Shown here piece by piece: positions 30,684 through 39,949 of a stretch of DNA of 64,000 bases. A program made the translations under genes and the position numbers. The notes beneath the pieces were generated by a model. It ran no database searches. It saw nothing but the letters and a program-made list of their open reading frames with translations, and was not told the origin of the DNA. Origin of the DNA: an uncultured Methanosarcinales archaeon (GTDB lineage Archaea; Nanobdellota; Nanobdellia; Woesearchaeales; CAIVOO01); assembly GCA_964485195.1 (NCBI GenBank), contig CAZAIK010000002.1, positions 76,972 through 140,971 on the forward strand. Reading direction: 5' to 3'. Positions within the stretch are counted from its first letter, which is position 1; each line of letters opens with the position of its first letter.

Positions 30684-31118
30684 GTGTTTTTCAAAAGCAA
30701 ATCAAGGGCCCTGCAGGAAGATATCACTACTTCTAAAAGCACCATAGGCATTGACAAGAACAAGCACTGCGAAAGGTGCGGAAACTGCTGCAGGGGAATG
30801 GTCTGGAAGAAAAGGTTCAGCTTTGAGGAGACCTTCAGGATAGCTGGGGAAAAGGCTTCCAGAAAAGAGGTTGAGGAAAAATTGATGGGGTTCTACAGAG
30901 AATATATTGAAAAGAAAGGACTTCCTGTTGAAAAGGAATACCAGCCGGAATGGGACAGCAAGAACAGGAAAATCAGGGTGCAGGCAAAGGTTGGAAGGTG
31001 CAGATATCTCTATTTTGTGGAGGATGACAGGTCAGTATGCCTTAATTACAAAAACAGGCCCAAGGAGTGCAAAGATTACCTGTGCAAGAAGGTCAAGGAG
31101 AAGATAGGTAAGGAATGA
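30684..31118 (+). CDS. YkgJ-family CxxCxxCC Fe-S/zinc protein
   Basis: CERCGNCC...CRYL...CLNYKNRPKECKDYLC. Confidence 0.85.
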   Translation: MFFKSKSRALQEDITTSKSTIGIDKNKHCERCGNCCRGMVWKKRFSFEETFRIAGEKASRKEVEEKLMGFYREYIEKKGLPVEKEYQPEWDSKNRKIRVQAKVGRCRYLYFVEDDRSVCLNYKNRPKECKDYLCKKVKEKIGKE

Positions 31119-31120
31119 TT

Positions 31121-31236
31121 TTAATCCTGGCACCGCCCAGCGCGGTCTTCAGGATCACTGTCAGATTTTAAATAAATCGGCTTCAGGAGCGGTTTTGGAA
31201 GCGGACGGAGCGCAGTGCCAGCAACGCAGGAGTTAA
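31121..31236 (+). repeat. Structured intergenic repeat (copy B)
   Basis: Stem CTGGCACCGC/GCAGTGCCAG; cores AAATAAATCGG and CGGAGC; same 26-nt spacer as the other copies. Confidence 0.75.
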
Positions 31237-31319
31237 ATTTATAAACCCTTTGTTAACCTTTTTTCTCAATGAACAAGAAAAAGCGCTTAAAAATGACTTT
31301 TTCTTTAAAAAAGATTTAA

Positions 31320-32531
31320 ATGAAAGATTTTGGAGAATTAAATATTGAAGAGCCGCTCCTGAAAGCGATAAGGCAGATGGGCTTCCAAAAGCCCACGGAG
31401 GTTCAGGAGAAAGCAATCCCGCTAGTTGTAAAAGGCAGGGATGTCATAGCGGGCTCGGCAACAGGCTCTGGCAAGACACTTGTTTTCGGGGCTGCCATAA
31501 TACAGAACTGCGAGAAGGGCAAAAGAATACAGTCTCTTGTGATTACCCCCACAAGGGAGCTTGCAGAGCAGGTATCAAAGGAGCTGAAAAAGATGTCCCA
31601 GCACAAGCCCCTGAGGATAGCTGTTGTTTACGGAGGCGTGGGAATAGAGCCGCAGATTGAAAGGCTGAAAAAGGCGGAGGTTGTTGTGGGAACTCCGGGA
31701 AGAATCCTTGACCACCTGCAGAGGGGAACTGTAAGCTTCAGGCAGGTAAAGATACTTGTGCTTGATGAGGCTGACAGGATGCTTGACATGGGATTCATAG
31801 ATGACATCAGGAAGATAATAAGCCAGTGCAGCAGGCACAGGCAGACTCTTCTTTTTTCAGCTACGATAATGCCCGAGATTTACAAGCTCGCGGAAAGATA
31901 TATGAAAAATCCTGTTAAGGTTTCTGCAGAAAGCTATGTTGACCCTAAGAAGCTGACCCAGGTTTATTATGACATAAGCGAAAAGCTGAAAATGTCCCTG
32001 CTTGTTCATCTTTTGAAAGAAGAGAAATCAAAACTTGTGATGGTCTTCTGCAACTCGAGGAAAACAGCGGATTTCGTGGCCAAGAACCTGAAGGCCAACG
32101 GCGTGAGGGCGAGTGCAATCCACGCCGGCTTCACACAGAATATGAGGAACAAGATTATGGAGATGTTCCACTCCGGCCAGATAAACGTTCTTGTGTGCAC
32201 CGACGTTGCTGCAAGAGGGCTGGACATAAAAGGAGTGAGCCACATTTACAATTACGACGTTCCCAAGGACAGCAAGCAGTATGTTCACAGGATTGGGAGG
32301 ACTGCAAGGGCAGGGAAGGAAGGCAAGGCAATAAACCTGATTTCGCAAAAGGACTTTGAAAACTTTGACAGGGTTTTGCGCGACAATGATGTTGAAGTGA
32401 AAAAAGAAAAAACACCCTATCTTCAGCCCATAAGGATGGCCAGCCGCAAGACTTTTAAATCTGGTTATAAAACCCAGGACAGGAGGTATAAAAATGAAGG
32501 TAAACGAACTAAAAGACAGAACCGCCGTTGA
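31320..32531 (+). CDS. DEAD-box RNA helicase
   Basis: ATGSGKT, PTRELA, DEAD, SAT, HRIGRTAR. Confidence 0.97.
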   Translation: MKDFGELNIEEPLLKAIRQMGFQKPTEVQEKAIPLVVKGRDVIAGSATGSGKTLVFGAAIIQNCEKGKRIQSLVITPTRELAEQVSKELKKMSQHKPLRIAVVYGGVGIEPQIERLKKAEVVVGTPGRILDHLQRGTVSFRQVKILVLDEADRMLDMGFIDDIRKIISQCSRHRQTLLFSATIMPEIYKLAERYMKNPVKVSAESYVDPKKLTQVYYDISEKLKMSLLVHLLKEEKSKLVMVFCNSRKTADFVAKNLKANGVRASAIHAGFTQNMRNKIMEMFHSGQINVLVCTDVAARGLDIKGVSHIYNYDVPKDSKQYVHRIGRTARAGKEGKAINLISQKDFENFDRVLRDNDVEVKKEKTPYLQPIRMASRKTFKSGYKTQDRRYKNEGKRTKRQNRR

Positions 32532-32796
32532 TGAAATCACTTTGAAAATAACTGCAAAAGAGGAGCCCAGGGAAGTTAAAGGAGGAACCCTTAGAGTGTG
32601 CAATGCCACGGGCGAGGACGACACAGGCAAGGTTACTGTTACCCTGTGGAATGAGGACATAGACAAGGTGAAGGAAGGGGGCACGATTAAGATAAGCAAC
32701 GGGTGGTCCCATATGTTCAATGGGGAGATGCAGGTAACCTCGGGAAGAAAAGGAACACTTGAAGTGATGGACCAGGCAGAGGAGCTACAGACCTAA
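32494..32796 (+). CDS. Single OB-fold ssDNA-binding protein (SSB/RPA-like)
   Basis: DDTGKVTVTLWN...IKISNG. Confidence 0.88.
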   Translation: MKVNELKDRTAVDEITLKITAKEEPREVKGGTLRVCNATGEDDTGKVTVTLWNEDIDKVKEGGTIKISNGWSHMFNGEMQVTSGRKGTLEVMDQAEELQT

Positions 32797-33423
32797 TCTT
32801 TTCCTGAATTTTTCAGCCTTTTCAAAAACAACAGGCAATGGAGCGCAATAATTGCTTTCTTCTTTGAGATATCTTTCAAGCTCTTCAGGGGCGAGCCATT
32901 TAAAGTCAACCACTTCTTCATCTTTAAAATCTAAATCTTTTGTTGGGGTCAGAATAAATGCCAGGCCCACAAATTCATTGTTTCTTTCTGTCTTATAATG
33001 GAATTTCTCAAAGATTATAGCAATTGGTTTTTTGATTTTTGTTTTTGCAAGTTTTGCAAACTCGTCAACAGAATCAATCACGTCAATGTCAATGCCTATC
33101 TCTTCATCAGCTTCCTTAATCAGTGTTTCCTTAAAACTCATTGGCCTGTATCCCCCTCCCTCTTTTATGTAGCAGTTATGGCCTGCAACTCCCATGTCCC
33201 ATTTTCCTGCGCTGAATTTATCATATTTTTTCGGGTTTTTTAGCTGAATGCCGTATTTCCCTGATTCTGGATGGAAAATCATAGGCCAGGTTGAATAATG
33301 TGTGAGCACAGGCCTTGCCCCTGGAAGGTGCGCGTGTATTTTGGAGATAGGCCCTATTATCTTGCCATTTTCATCACAATGTATCAGGTATTCAATGTCA
33401 TTGCGAAGGATTGATTCAGCCAT
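32785..33423 (-). CDS. NUDIX protein, IPP isomerase type-1-like
   Basis: DENGKIIG..K..AH...H...KWD.GVAGH...KEADEEIGI; EEV..FKW. Confidence 0.75.
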   Translation of the reverse strand: MAESILRNDIEYLIHCDENGKIIGPISKIHAHLPGARPVLTHYSTWPMIFHPESGKYGIQLKNPKKYDKFSAGKWDMGVAGHNCYIKEGGGYRPMSFKETLIKEADEEIGIDIDVIDSVDEFAKLAKTKIKKPIAIIFEKFHYKTERNNEFVGLAFILTPTKDLDFKDEEVVDFKWLAPEELERYLKEESNYCAPLPVVFEKAEKFRKRLGL

Positions 33424-33462
33424 AAAAAGCTTAAAAATGTATTATAATATAAATATTGGTTA

Positions 33463-33765
33463 TTAAAGACTCCCGACACTTGTTGAGAAAACCTTGTCAT
33501 CAACAGTTATTTCTGTTTTCACTGAAGTGAGCATAGCAGACCTTTTTATGCTTACAACTATGCTCCTTACTCTTGAGAAATCAAAACCCTTCTTGATTCT
33601 TTCTTTTACGAAATTCACGCAGTGCAGGTCAAAGTCAGTTTCCCCCTTGAGAACATCTTTTTTGCAAGGGAACTGAATTTTATTGCTTAACTGCCCGCTT
33701 ATTGTTAAAAATTTCAGATGGTCAGCGAGGTCCCTTGCTGTCCCCCTTAACATTGTCAGCTTCAT
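33463..33765 (-). CDS. Hypothetical protein
   Basis: 100-aa ORF with GGAG RBS overlapping the upstream gene. Confidence 0.5.
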   Translation of the reverse strand: MKLTMLRGTARDLADHLKFLTISGQLSNKIQFPCKKDVLKGETDFDLHCVNFVKERIKKGFDFSRVRSIVVSIKRSAMLTSVKTEITVDDKVFSTSVGSL

Positions 33766-34039
33766 CCTTCATCTCCTTCACTGTTTTCCTGAAAGCCTCT
33801 ATCTGCTTGTCAGAAAGCCGGCCGTATTTCAGGTACTTTATCTTGATGTCCCTAAGGAAGGAGTTTTCCCTGTAAAATCCTTCCGGAATGTCAAACATCT
33901 TTCTCATCTTCGGATCCTTTATTTCCCCTTCCAGCTCCTTCTTCTGGCATCCGTAGCATACCGGGTACTTGTCACGCCAGCTTGCAAGCACATAGTTCTT
34001 CCTGCACCTGACGCATTTCTGCTTGTATTTCGCCACCAT
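33722..34039 (-). CDS. Small zinc-ribbon protein
   Basis: CVRC...CYGC; C-terminal YGRLSDKQIEAF. Confidence 0.65.
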   Translation of the reverse strand: MVAKYKQKCVRCRKNYVLASWRDKYPVCYGCQKKELEGEIKDPKMRKMFDIPEGFYRENSFLRDIKIKYLKYGRLSDKQIEAFRKTVKEMKDEADNVKGDSKGPR

Positions 34040-34161
34040 AATCCCATCCTTACAATTGCCTTTTATAAAACTAAGGGATAACCTTAAAAAGGGAGCGTAT
34101 TTTTTTTATTATACAATGCTTCTGGGATTGCCAGAAGCAAAAAAAACAACAGAGGAAAAAA

Positions 34162-34356
34162 ATGAAAGGAAAAGTAAAATTTTTTGACAAGACCAAAGGG
34201 TTTGGATTCATTCAGGTTGAGGGTGAGCCGGACCACCACGTCAGTGCAGATGACCTTGCAGAAGGGGTTGAGCTTAATGATGGAGATGAAGTTGAGTTTG
34301 ACTCTGAGGAGAACCCAAGGGGAAAGAAAGCAGTAAACGTAAAAAAAGCAGAGTGA
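34162..34356 (+). CDS. csp: Cold-shock domain protein
   Basis: MKGKVKFFDKTKGFGFI...GDEVEF...AVNV. Confidence 0.93.
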   Translation: MKGKVKFFDKTKGFGFIQVEGEPDHHVSADDLAEGVELNDGDEVEFDSEENPRGKKAVNVKKAE

Positions 34357-34383
34357 TCAACCTATTGTTTTTTTTATTGTAAA

Positions 34384-35145
34384 TTATTTTTTATTCCACA
34401 TTGAATAGAAGAATTTCCTGTATCTTTCTGCATTTTGTTTGGATTTTATGTCAAATGCAGTTACTTTTTCATCTGCCATGATATTTATCACGTGGTCTTT
34501 GAAGATGAAAACCCCTACGGGGTAAACTAGGTCAATGAACTTGACCTGCTCGTATTTGCTTTTGAAATACCCTGTGGGCTCGTAAAACCGCTTGAATAAT
34601 TTCTTTATCCTCGTATTCAATATTAATTTAAGACTGATTTTGTGCTTTCTTCTAAGTGCGTGGTAGAAGAGGAAGAAATTCTGGACATCTGTCCTTTTCA
34701 AAACCTCGTTTAGTCCAAATACGCAAATCTCTGCTTTTTCTTCAACTCCTGAGAATAATTCGTAAAACAATGACTTTAGCCCTTTCATCCCTTCAAACAC
34801 CCTGCTGTATTGCGTCTTTTCCTTCTCTTTTTGTTTTGCCAACAATGAGGGGATTATGTCTTTTATCTGCTCTTTTTCCTCTTCCAGGTTCCTTATTTTC
34901 CTGTTTACAAATTCCAGAAGGTTGTCAGGGCTTGTTGCTGAGAAATGCTTTCTCCCTGCCCTGATGACGTGGCTGGCCAGCCCTTTTTCTATGAGCTTGT
35001 TGAGTACGGGGTAGGTTTTTGCGTGTGTCACTCCTGATTTTTTTGATATGGGGCCGACTGTTGAGTCCCCCAGCTCAAACAGGGCAAAATAGACCTTTAC
35101 CTCCCCTTCTGTCAGTCCAATGTCCTTCAGCACCATCCTATTCAT
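34384..35145 (-). CDS. TrmB-family transcriptional regulator
   Basis: IGLTEGEVKVYFAL...YPVLNKLIEKGL; VFEGMKG. Confidence 0.9.
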   Translation of the reverse strand: MNRMVLKDIGLTEGEVKVYFALFELGDSTVGPISKKSGVTHAKTYPVLNKLIEKGLASHVIRAGRKHFSATSPDNLLEFVNRKIRNLEEEKEQIKDIIPSLLAKQKEKEKTQYSRVFEGMKGLKSLFYELFSGVEEKAEICVFGLNEVLKRTDVQNFFLFYHALRRKHKISLKLILNTRIKKLFKRFYEPTGYFKSKYEQVKFIDLVYPVGVFIFKDHVINIMADEKVTAFDIKSKQNAERYRKFFYSMWNKK

Positions 35146-35226
35146 ATTATTACTCCCTAAGGAGGTAGTAATATTTAAATATTTCTGTTTTTTCAGTATT
35201 TTTATTACTATAAAATGGTTATGAGA

Positions 35227-35829
35227 ATGAAACTAATACAAAAAGCACTAGCTTGCCTGGCAGCAGCTGCTTTGCCCGCAGCTGCGCAGGCAGACGCTAT
35301 CATAAGCCTTACAGGAGTTGGCAGGGAAGGGCAGAAGCCATTGGCCAGGTTGGAGACAATAGTGGATTTGCCTGTCAAAGGGGATATGTACATTCTTGCT
35401 GAGCACACGGACGAAACTAACCTTTATAAGATAAGGCCACAGATATTTCCCTTAATGAATGATGAGGGAACAATAGGCCTGGGAATAGCAGCATCGCATC
35501 TTGACCATCCTGTTGCAGGGGTTGCACAGGGGATTGGGCCTGCTGTGACCTTGAGAAAGAAAGCTGAAAAAGGGTTTGCAAGACTTGACGCAAGATACTT
35601 CAGCGGGCAGGACCTCCTTGATGTTTACACTTTTTTCCAGAATGATAAGGTCTTTGCAGACCTGCTGATGCTTTACAACACAAAGCAGGGGGAAGCTTCA
35701 GTGTTCAAGCCGGGCATTGAGATAAGGATAAACAAAAATCTGTCAGTGGGTGTTGAGATGTGCGCTCACGGGCCTGTTGATGACCTGGAAAAAGCATATG
35801 CAGGGCCGAGGGTAAAACTGCAGAACTAA
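35227..35829 (+). CDS. Secreted protein with amphipathic beta-strand pattern (beta-barrel-like)
   Basis: Signal peptide ending AAAQA; alternating strands such as FARLDARYF, VFADLLMLYN, LSVGVEM, YAGPRVKL. Confidence 0.6.
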   Translation: MKLIQKALACLAAAALPAAAQADAIISLTGVGREGQKPLARLETIVDLPVKGDMYILAEHTDETNLYKIRPQIFPLMNDEGTIGLGIAASHLDHPVAGVAQGIGPAVTLRKKAEKGFARLDARYFSGQDLLDVYTFFQNDKVFADLLMLYNTKQGEASVFKPGIEIRINKNLSVGVEMCAHGPVDDLEKAYAGPRVKLQN

Positions 35830-36362
35830 TCAACAACCTTATCAATGTAAAGCACATTGTTGTCCCTGAAGTCCATCCTTATCCTGCCGTCCCTGGTGTG
35901 GACATCCACTGGCTTGTCCTTGGCGACTGTGAACTTCTCGCCGATAATCGCCCCGAAAACCCTTGTTGTGATTGCGTTGTTCCAGACTCCCAGGATTTCC
36001 ACCTTGGCCTGGTCAAAAGAGACGGAGTTTCCCTCTGTGACCTCATTCACCACGGTAGTAAGAGGAAGATAACCTATATCTATGTTTTCCCCCGCCATTG
36101 TTGCCTCAACAACCTCAGGTGGAGCTTCTGCTGCCTCATCATCAGGTCCTTCTATCTCCTCATCCTGCACTTCCTTATCAGCAGGCCCTGCTACTGAATC
36201 ATCAGCAGGCATTCCTTCCTCGCTGTCGCAGACTTGGTTGCTGTTCTCGTCCAGGCAGCACTTCCCTCCCAGGGAAACGTAAGGAGCATCGCAGACAATC
36301 TCATTCTGTGCACACCCCAGCAGAATAATTATCATCGGGACAAGCAGTATCAGCCTTTTCAT
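35826..36362 (-). CDS. Lipoprotein with Cys-rich motif and acidic linker
   Basis: Lipobox LLGC; CDAPY...CCLDENSNQVCD. Confidence 0.75.
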   Translation of the reverse strand: MKRLILLVPMIIILLGCAQNEIVCDAPYVSLGGKCCLDENSNQVCDSEEGMPADDSVAGPADKEVQDEEIEGPDDEAAEAPPEVVEATMAGENIDIGYLPLTTVVNEVTEGNSVSFDQAKVEILGVWNNAITTRVFGAIIGEKFTVAKDKPVDVHTRDGRIRMDFRDNNVLYIDKVVD

Positions 36363-36441
36363 AAAATAGCTGATATGAAGAAGTATTTAAATTTATAGGA
36401 AAAGCCAAAAGTATTTATAGGACAAGAAATACTGTTACTCC

Positions 36442-36663
36442 ATGTACAATACAGATTTCCTGCCACAGATGGAAGAATTCAGGAAATACTTGTGGGGAGC
36501 AGGACGTGTTGACACAAGGGCTGCTGCTGAAGAAGGAGCCAGAATGTCATATCTCCCTCCCAAGGATGTTGAGATAATTCCCTGTCGTCAGGCTCCCAGC
36601 GGAGAGTTGGTTCCGGTCACTTACGAGCTGGGGGAATTGGAAGAAAAGATTGATCCTGAATAA
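36442..36663 (+). CDS. Small hypothetical protein
   Basis: 73-aa ORF downstream of a TTTATA box. Confidence 0.45.
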   Translation: MYNTDFLPQMEEFRKYLWGAGRVDTRAAAEEGARMSYLPPKDVEIIPCRQAPSGELVPVTYELGELEEKIDPE

Positions 36664-36731
36664 TTCTTTCACAGCTACGCAATTCCCTGGCCGCTAACAA
36701 ACTATATAAACCCAGAAATGCGGGCTGGTTT

Positions 36732-37157
36732 ATGCCTGCAAGATATCTTGTTGACACCTGCGTATGGGGGGATTTTTATGAAGACCGGATCAGCAAGTCA
36801 GGAAAACCTCTTGGAAAATACGCTTCTGAATTTTTTATGGAAGTTATAAAAAGTAAGGATAAAATCTTGTTTTCTGAAGCTTTAACATGGGAATTGAAGA
36901 AAGATTATGGTAAGAAAGGAATTACTGACCTTCTTAATCTGCTTGTTTTTAATGGTGTTCTTGTAAGAGTTGAAATTCAGAAGGAGGAGTATAGTGAAGC
37001 TAAGGAATTATCTGCAGGGAGGAACATCCCTTTTGTTGATTGCATTAATGCGGTTCAGGCAAGAAACAACAATGCCATTCTTGTTTCTCAAGACAAACAT
37101 TTCTTTGAGAAGCTTTCAGATGTTGTTAAATGTTTAAGGCCGCAGGATATCAACTAA
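36732..37157 (+). CDS. PIN-domain (VapC-like) ribonuclease
   Basis: YLVDTC...E...DCINAVQA...LVSQDKHF. Confidence 0.9.
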   Translation: MPARYLVDTCVWGDFYEDRISKSGKPLGKYASEFFMEVIKSKDKILFSEALTWELKKDYGKKGITDLLNLLVFNGVLVRVEIQKEEYSEAKELSAGRNIPFVDCINAVQARNNNAILVSQDKHFFEKLSDVVKCLRPQDIN

Positions 37158-37416
37158 ACCTTTTTTCAAGCTCTTTCAGCAATTCCCTGCTTGTTTCATC
37201 TTTTGTTTTCAGATTTTCTTCTCTTGTTGTTTTTTTCTTTGCCTTTCCTTTATATTTGAGAAATCCCTCTACCAGCTCATCCTTTGTTAATCTTGAAAGC
37301 TTGTCCCTTACTGCCTCCCTTATGAACTCAGTCCTGGAGTTGAAATTATGCTCCTTGATGTTTCTATCTATCTTTTTCAGAACATCCTCCCTGAACTTTA
37401 CTGTTACCACATCCAT
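37150..37416 (-). CDS. Ribbon-helix-helix (CopG/NikR-like) protein, probable antitoxin
   Basis: VVTVKF...KKID...FNSRTEFIREAVR. Confidence 0.85.
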   Translation of the reverse strand: MDVVTVKFREDVLKKIDRNIKEHNFNSRTEFIREAVRDKLSRLTKDELVEGFLKYKGKAKKKTTREENLKTKDETSRELLKELEKRFS

Positions 37417-37439
37417 ATTACTTTGTAATACAATGTAAT

Positions 37440-37934
37440 TTATAAGCTTTTTGGTAATTCCACAATCTCAGCATCACCTGACTTTGTGTCGTATATTGCG
37501 TATGATGGTTTGCTTTTCCACCCCATTATTTCTCCGGGATTGAGCAGCAAGGTTTTGTTAACATTCTCCTTCCTTGGGGTGTGGGTGTGGCCGTGCAATA
37601 CCAAGTCATAATCCCCTGTTGCTGCAAGACCCTCTGCGAATCGCGGGAGATGGGTAAAAGCTATTTTTTTACCTTCAATCTCAACTTCTCCAAGATCCCC
37701 GTGCAGGTTTACCTTTTTTTCCTGCGAGAGGTTTGTGGAGAGGTATCTGTCATCAGTGTTACCGAAACAGCAATGAACCTCTCCCCTGAACTTAGCCATT
37801 TCCGCAATCATAAAGGGGGCGCAGAAGTCACCGCAATGGATTAGCACCTCGCAGCCTCGTTCCTTTATCTTTTCAAGTGCTTTCCTCAGGTTTTCTATGT
37901 GGTCGTGAGAATCCGATACGATTCCTATTTTCAT
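37440..37934 (-). CDS. YfcE/MJ0936-family metallophosphoesterase
   Basis: SDSH, HCGD, GNTD, HGHTH, NPG. Confidence 0.93.
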   Translation of the reverse strand: MKIGIVSDSHDHIENLRKALEKIKERGCEVLIHCGDFCAPFMIAEMAKFRGEVHCCFGNTDDRYLSTNLSQEKKVNLHGDLGEVEIEGKKIAFTHLPRFAEGLAATGDYDLVLHGHTHTPRKENVNKTLLLNPGEIMGWKSKPSYAIYDTKSGDAEIVELPKSL

Positions 37935-38071
37935 GATTGCTTTACCTTTACTGCTTTAGCCATTATTGCTCCAACAAATCTTGGAATTGATTTCGCGCTT
38001 CCTTTTTCCACTTCATTGCTTATTTCTTCACATAACCGAATTATTTCATCCATATCCGCATCAAAAGCCAT
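37931..38071 (-). CDS. 46-aa hypothetical protein (not in ORF track)
   Basis: MAFDADMDEIIRLCEEISNEVEKGSAKSIPRFVGAIMAKAVKVKQS; AGGAGGTG RBS; ATGA overlap with the next gene. Confidence 0.55.
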   Translation of the reverse strand: MAFDADMDEIIRLCEEISNEVEKGSAKSIPRFVGAIMAKAVKVKQS

Positions 38072-38145
38072 TTTAACACCTCCTAAACGACAATACAAGA
38101 AGAGTGGATATATAAAGTTTGTTGTTGGAATGAAGCAAGGATTAT

Positions 38146-38739
38146 TTACCTCCTCTTTCCGCCTTCGTAAGAGCCAGACACGGTTTTTTTCCTCAGGACT
38201 GCCTGGTTTATGCCGTCGCTTCCTGTCAGGCTGGTGTATGATTTCAAAACACGGTTGATGGATTTACTGAATTCTTCAGGAGTCCATTCATACTCCTGCT
38301 GGGATGAATGGGAACAGGCAAGATAAACAGTTTTTATGAAATATGAAGGAACCTGCAATTTTCCTGCCAAGGACTTTCTTAAGCTCTCAATTGATTCTGC
38401 CCGCGGGTCGGGCATGACTGTGAAGAATTGTGAAAGGCACTCAAGCTGGGAATCTGGCTCGAAATCGTTGAACAGGCGAAACACGTACCTTGCGTTGTGC
38501 CTTGCTTCCTTCTCGCTCTTTTTCCTTTTGTTCAGCAGGAACCGCAGGCTTGACAGGAAAAAATCCTCGTCTTGCGTTAAAGTATTCTGCCCTGCCAGTT
38601 CGACCAACCTGTCATTTATATGGATTATCCTTCCATAGCCCAAGAGCAGTCTTTTCGCAGCATCGTCAGAATCAGCAAAAAGCTGGCTGTCTGTTTCAAT
38701 CCTTCTTTTCCAGGCATCTGAGAAATCCTCCAGTTTCAT
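38146..38739 (-). CDS. Hypothetical protein
   Basis: 197-aa ORF, no recognised motif. Confidence 0.55.
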   Translation of the reverse strand: MKLEDFSDAWKRRIETDSQLFADSDDAAKRLLLGYGRIIHINDRLVELAGQNTLTQDEDFFLSSLRFLLNKRKKSEKEARHNARYVFRLFNDFEPDSQLECLSQFFTVMPDPRAESIESLRKSLAGKLQVPSYFIKTVYLACSHSSQQEYEWTPEEFSKSINRVLKSYTSLTGSDGINQAVLRKKTVSGSYEGGKRR

Positions 38740-38865
38740 CCCTTCCTGTCAAATGTTGATTATTTATAAAGTTTTCTGGAATTAACTATTTCTTGGTGGT
38801 GATGGTAAGTCTGCGGGAAGAACCCAAAGACGGGCAGTAAAAAGTTTATGGCTTGAGTAAAAACA

Positions 38866-39168
38866 TCAAAAGATCTTCTTAAAAACAATTGATTTTATTC
38901 CAGCAGGCCTTTTTTTATCTTCTATTTCTGCTACCCTTTCATATCCTGCTTTTTCATGCACCCTCGATGAGGCTTTATTGTTAGATGCAACATCTGTGTA
39001 AATCCCTTTGTATCCTTCTTTTTTTGCAAAATCTTCTGTTCTTACAAGTATTAAAGTACCATAACCCTTGCTTGTAACGCTAACACCAAAACCAAGGCAA
39101 TAAGCAAAGTTTTCTTTTTCCTCTGGAAAATTTGGCTTTTTATACTGTGCATAAGGCCCAAAAACAGA
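38866..39168 (-). pseudogene. 5'-truncated GNAT acetyltransferase remnant
   Basis: Manual translation ...GFGVSVTSKGYGTLIL...AKKEGYKGIYTDVASNNKASSRVHEKAGYE...; no in-frame start before an upstream TAA. Confidence 0.7.
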
Positions 39169-39222
39169 TTATATTTATAAATATACTTATATTTTGAGCA
39201 GAAAACAGATTATTGGTGAATC

Positions 39223-39352
39223 TGCCGGTGGGGGGATTTGAACCCCCGACCCCGAGATTTCCTAGCTTCTTGTTTTAGTCATCGGCGTTTCCGCCTCAGC
39301 ACTCATATTGCTTATGAGTCTCGTGCTATAGGCCAGGCTAAGCTACACCGGC
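39223..39352 (-). tRNA. Elongator tRNA-Met(CAT) with a 55-nt intron at 37/38 (39258-39312)
   Basis: GCCGGTG/CACCGGC acceptor, CGAGA-CTCATA|A-TCTCG anticodon arm, GGGGG-TTCAAAT-CCCCC T arm. Confidence 0.9.
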
Positions 39353-39461
39353 GTTGGTCTGCTTCTGGAAAGCTTGTTTTTAAAGGTTTCTTAAAGAAAT
39401 GATACCACCAACAAGTGATTAAATAAGAAAACTTTATAAACAGGAAATCATTAGCAAGCCC

Positions 39462-39781
39462 ATGGACAGGAGAAGCTTGGAAGCAACAGCTTCACCAGGG
39501 GAAACAAGATAAACTTCAGGACATTGCAGCTAGGAACAAGGATAGTGCCTGATGTTGAGAAAATAGGAACAATAACAAGAAGAAATTCTGCATTTGAAAT
39601 AACAAGGGAAGATTACAAATCAGAAAGGGCAGTTTACATAATGCCTGGAAAAGAATTAGTGTCAGGGGATATGCTTGAAGAAAATGATTTCAGATGCTTT
39701 ACCAGGGGGAACGAGAGTAGCAGTGAGAATGCCTTAAAACTTTCATTAGCTACATTTTTTGTTCCATTTCAGTCTGAATAG
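39462..39781 (+). pseudogene. Probable frameshifted small gene remnant
   Basis: ATG 39462 after a TATA box stops at codon 17; a different frame continues to 39781. Confidence 0.3.
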
Positions 39782-39808
39782 ACTTAAATAATTTGATAGC
39801 CACAGGCA

Positions 39809-39949
39809 GGTTAAGTCAAGTTAGTTGTGTAACTGTGTTAGCGCGCTCCGTTGGCATCGTGTTAAATGCTTCAGCGTCCGATTTATTTGGGACATGACAG
39901 GTTAACCGCAGACTACGCTTGGCGCTAACACAGGCAAGTTGACTTAACC
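39809..39949 (-). mobile_element. 141-bp MITE-like element (copy C) with TIRs and a 9-bp target-site duplication
   Basis: TIR GGTTAAGTCAA...TTGACTTAACC; flanking direct repeat CCACAGGCA (39800-39808, 39950-39958); inner stem CTGTGTTAGCGC/GCGCTAACACAG. Confidence 0.8.

Noticed and set aside
39161..39213. Short direct repeat AAAACAGATTAT next to the tRNA-Met 3' end as an att site
   Set aside because: AT-rich, only about 12 bp, and not a copy of the tRNA 3' end
39809..39949. Integron attC site or pistol ribozyme as identity of the repeat
   Set aside because: The GTTAG/CTAAC boxes are in the inverse order to attC, no integrase or cassette array is present, and the AAATA/AGCG motif order and pseudoknot do not match pistol
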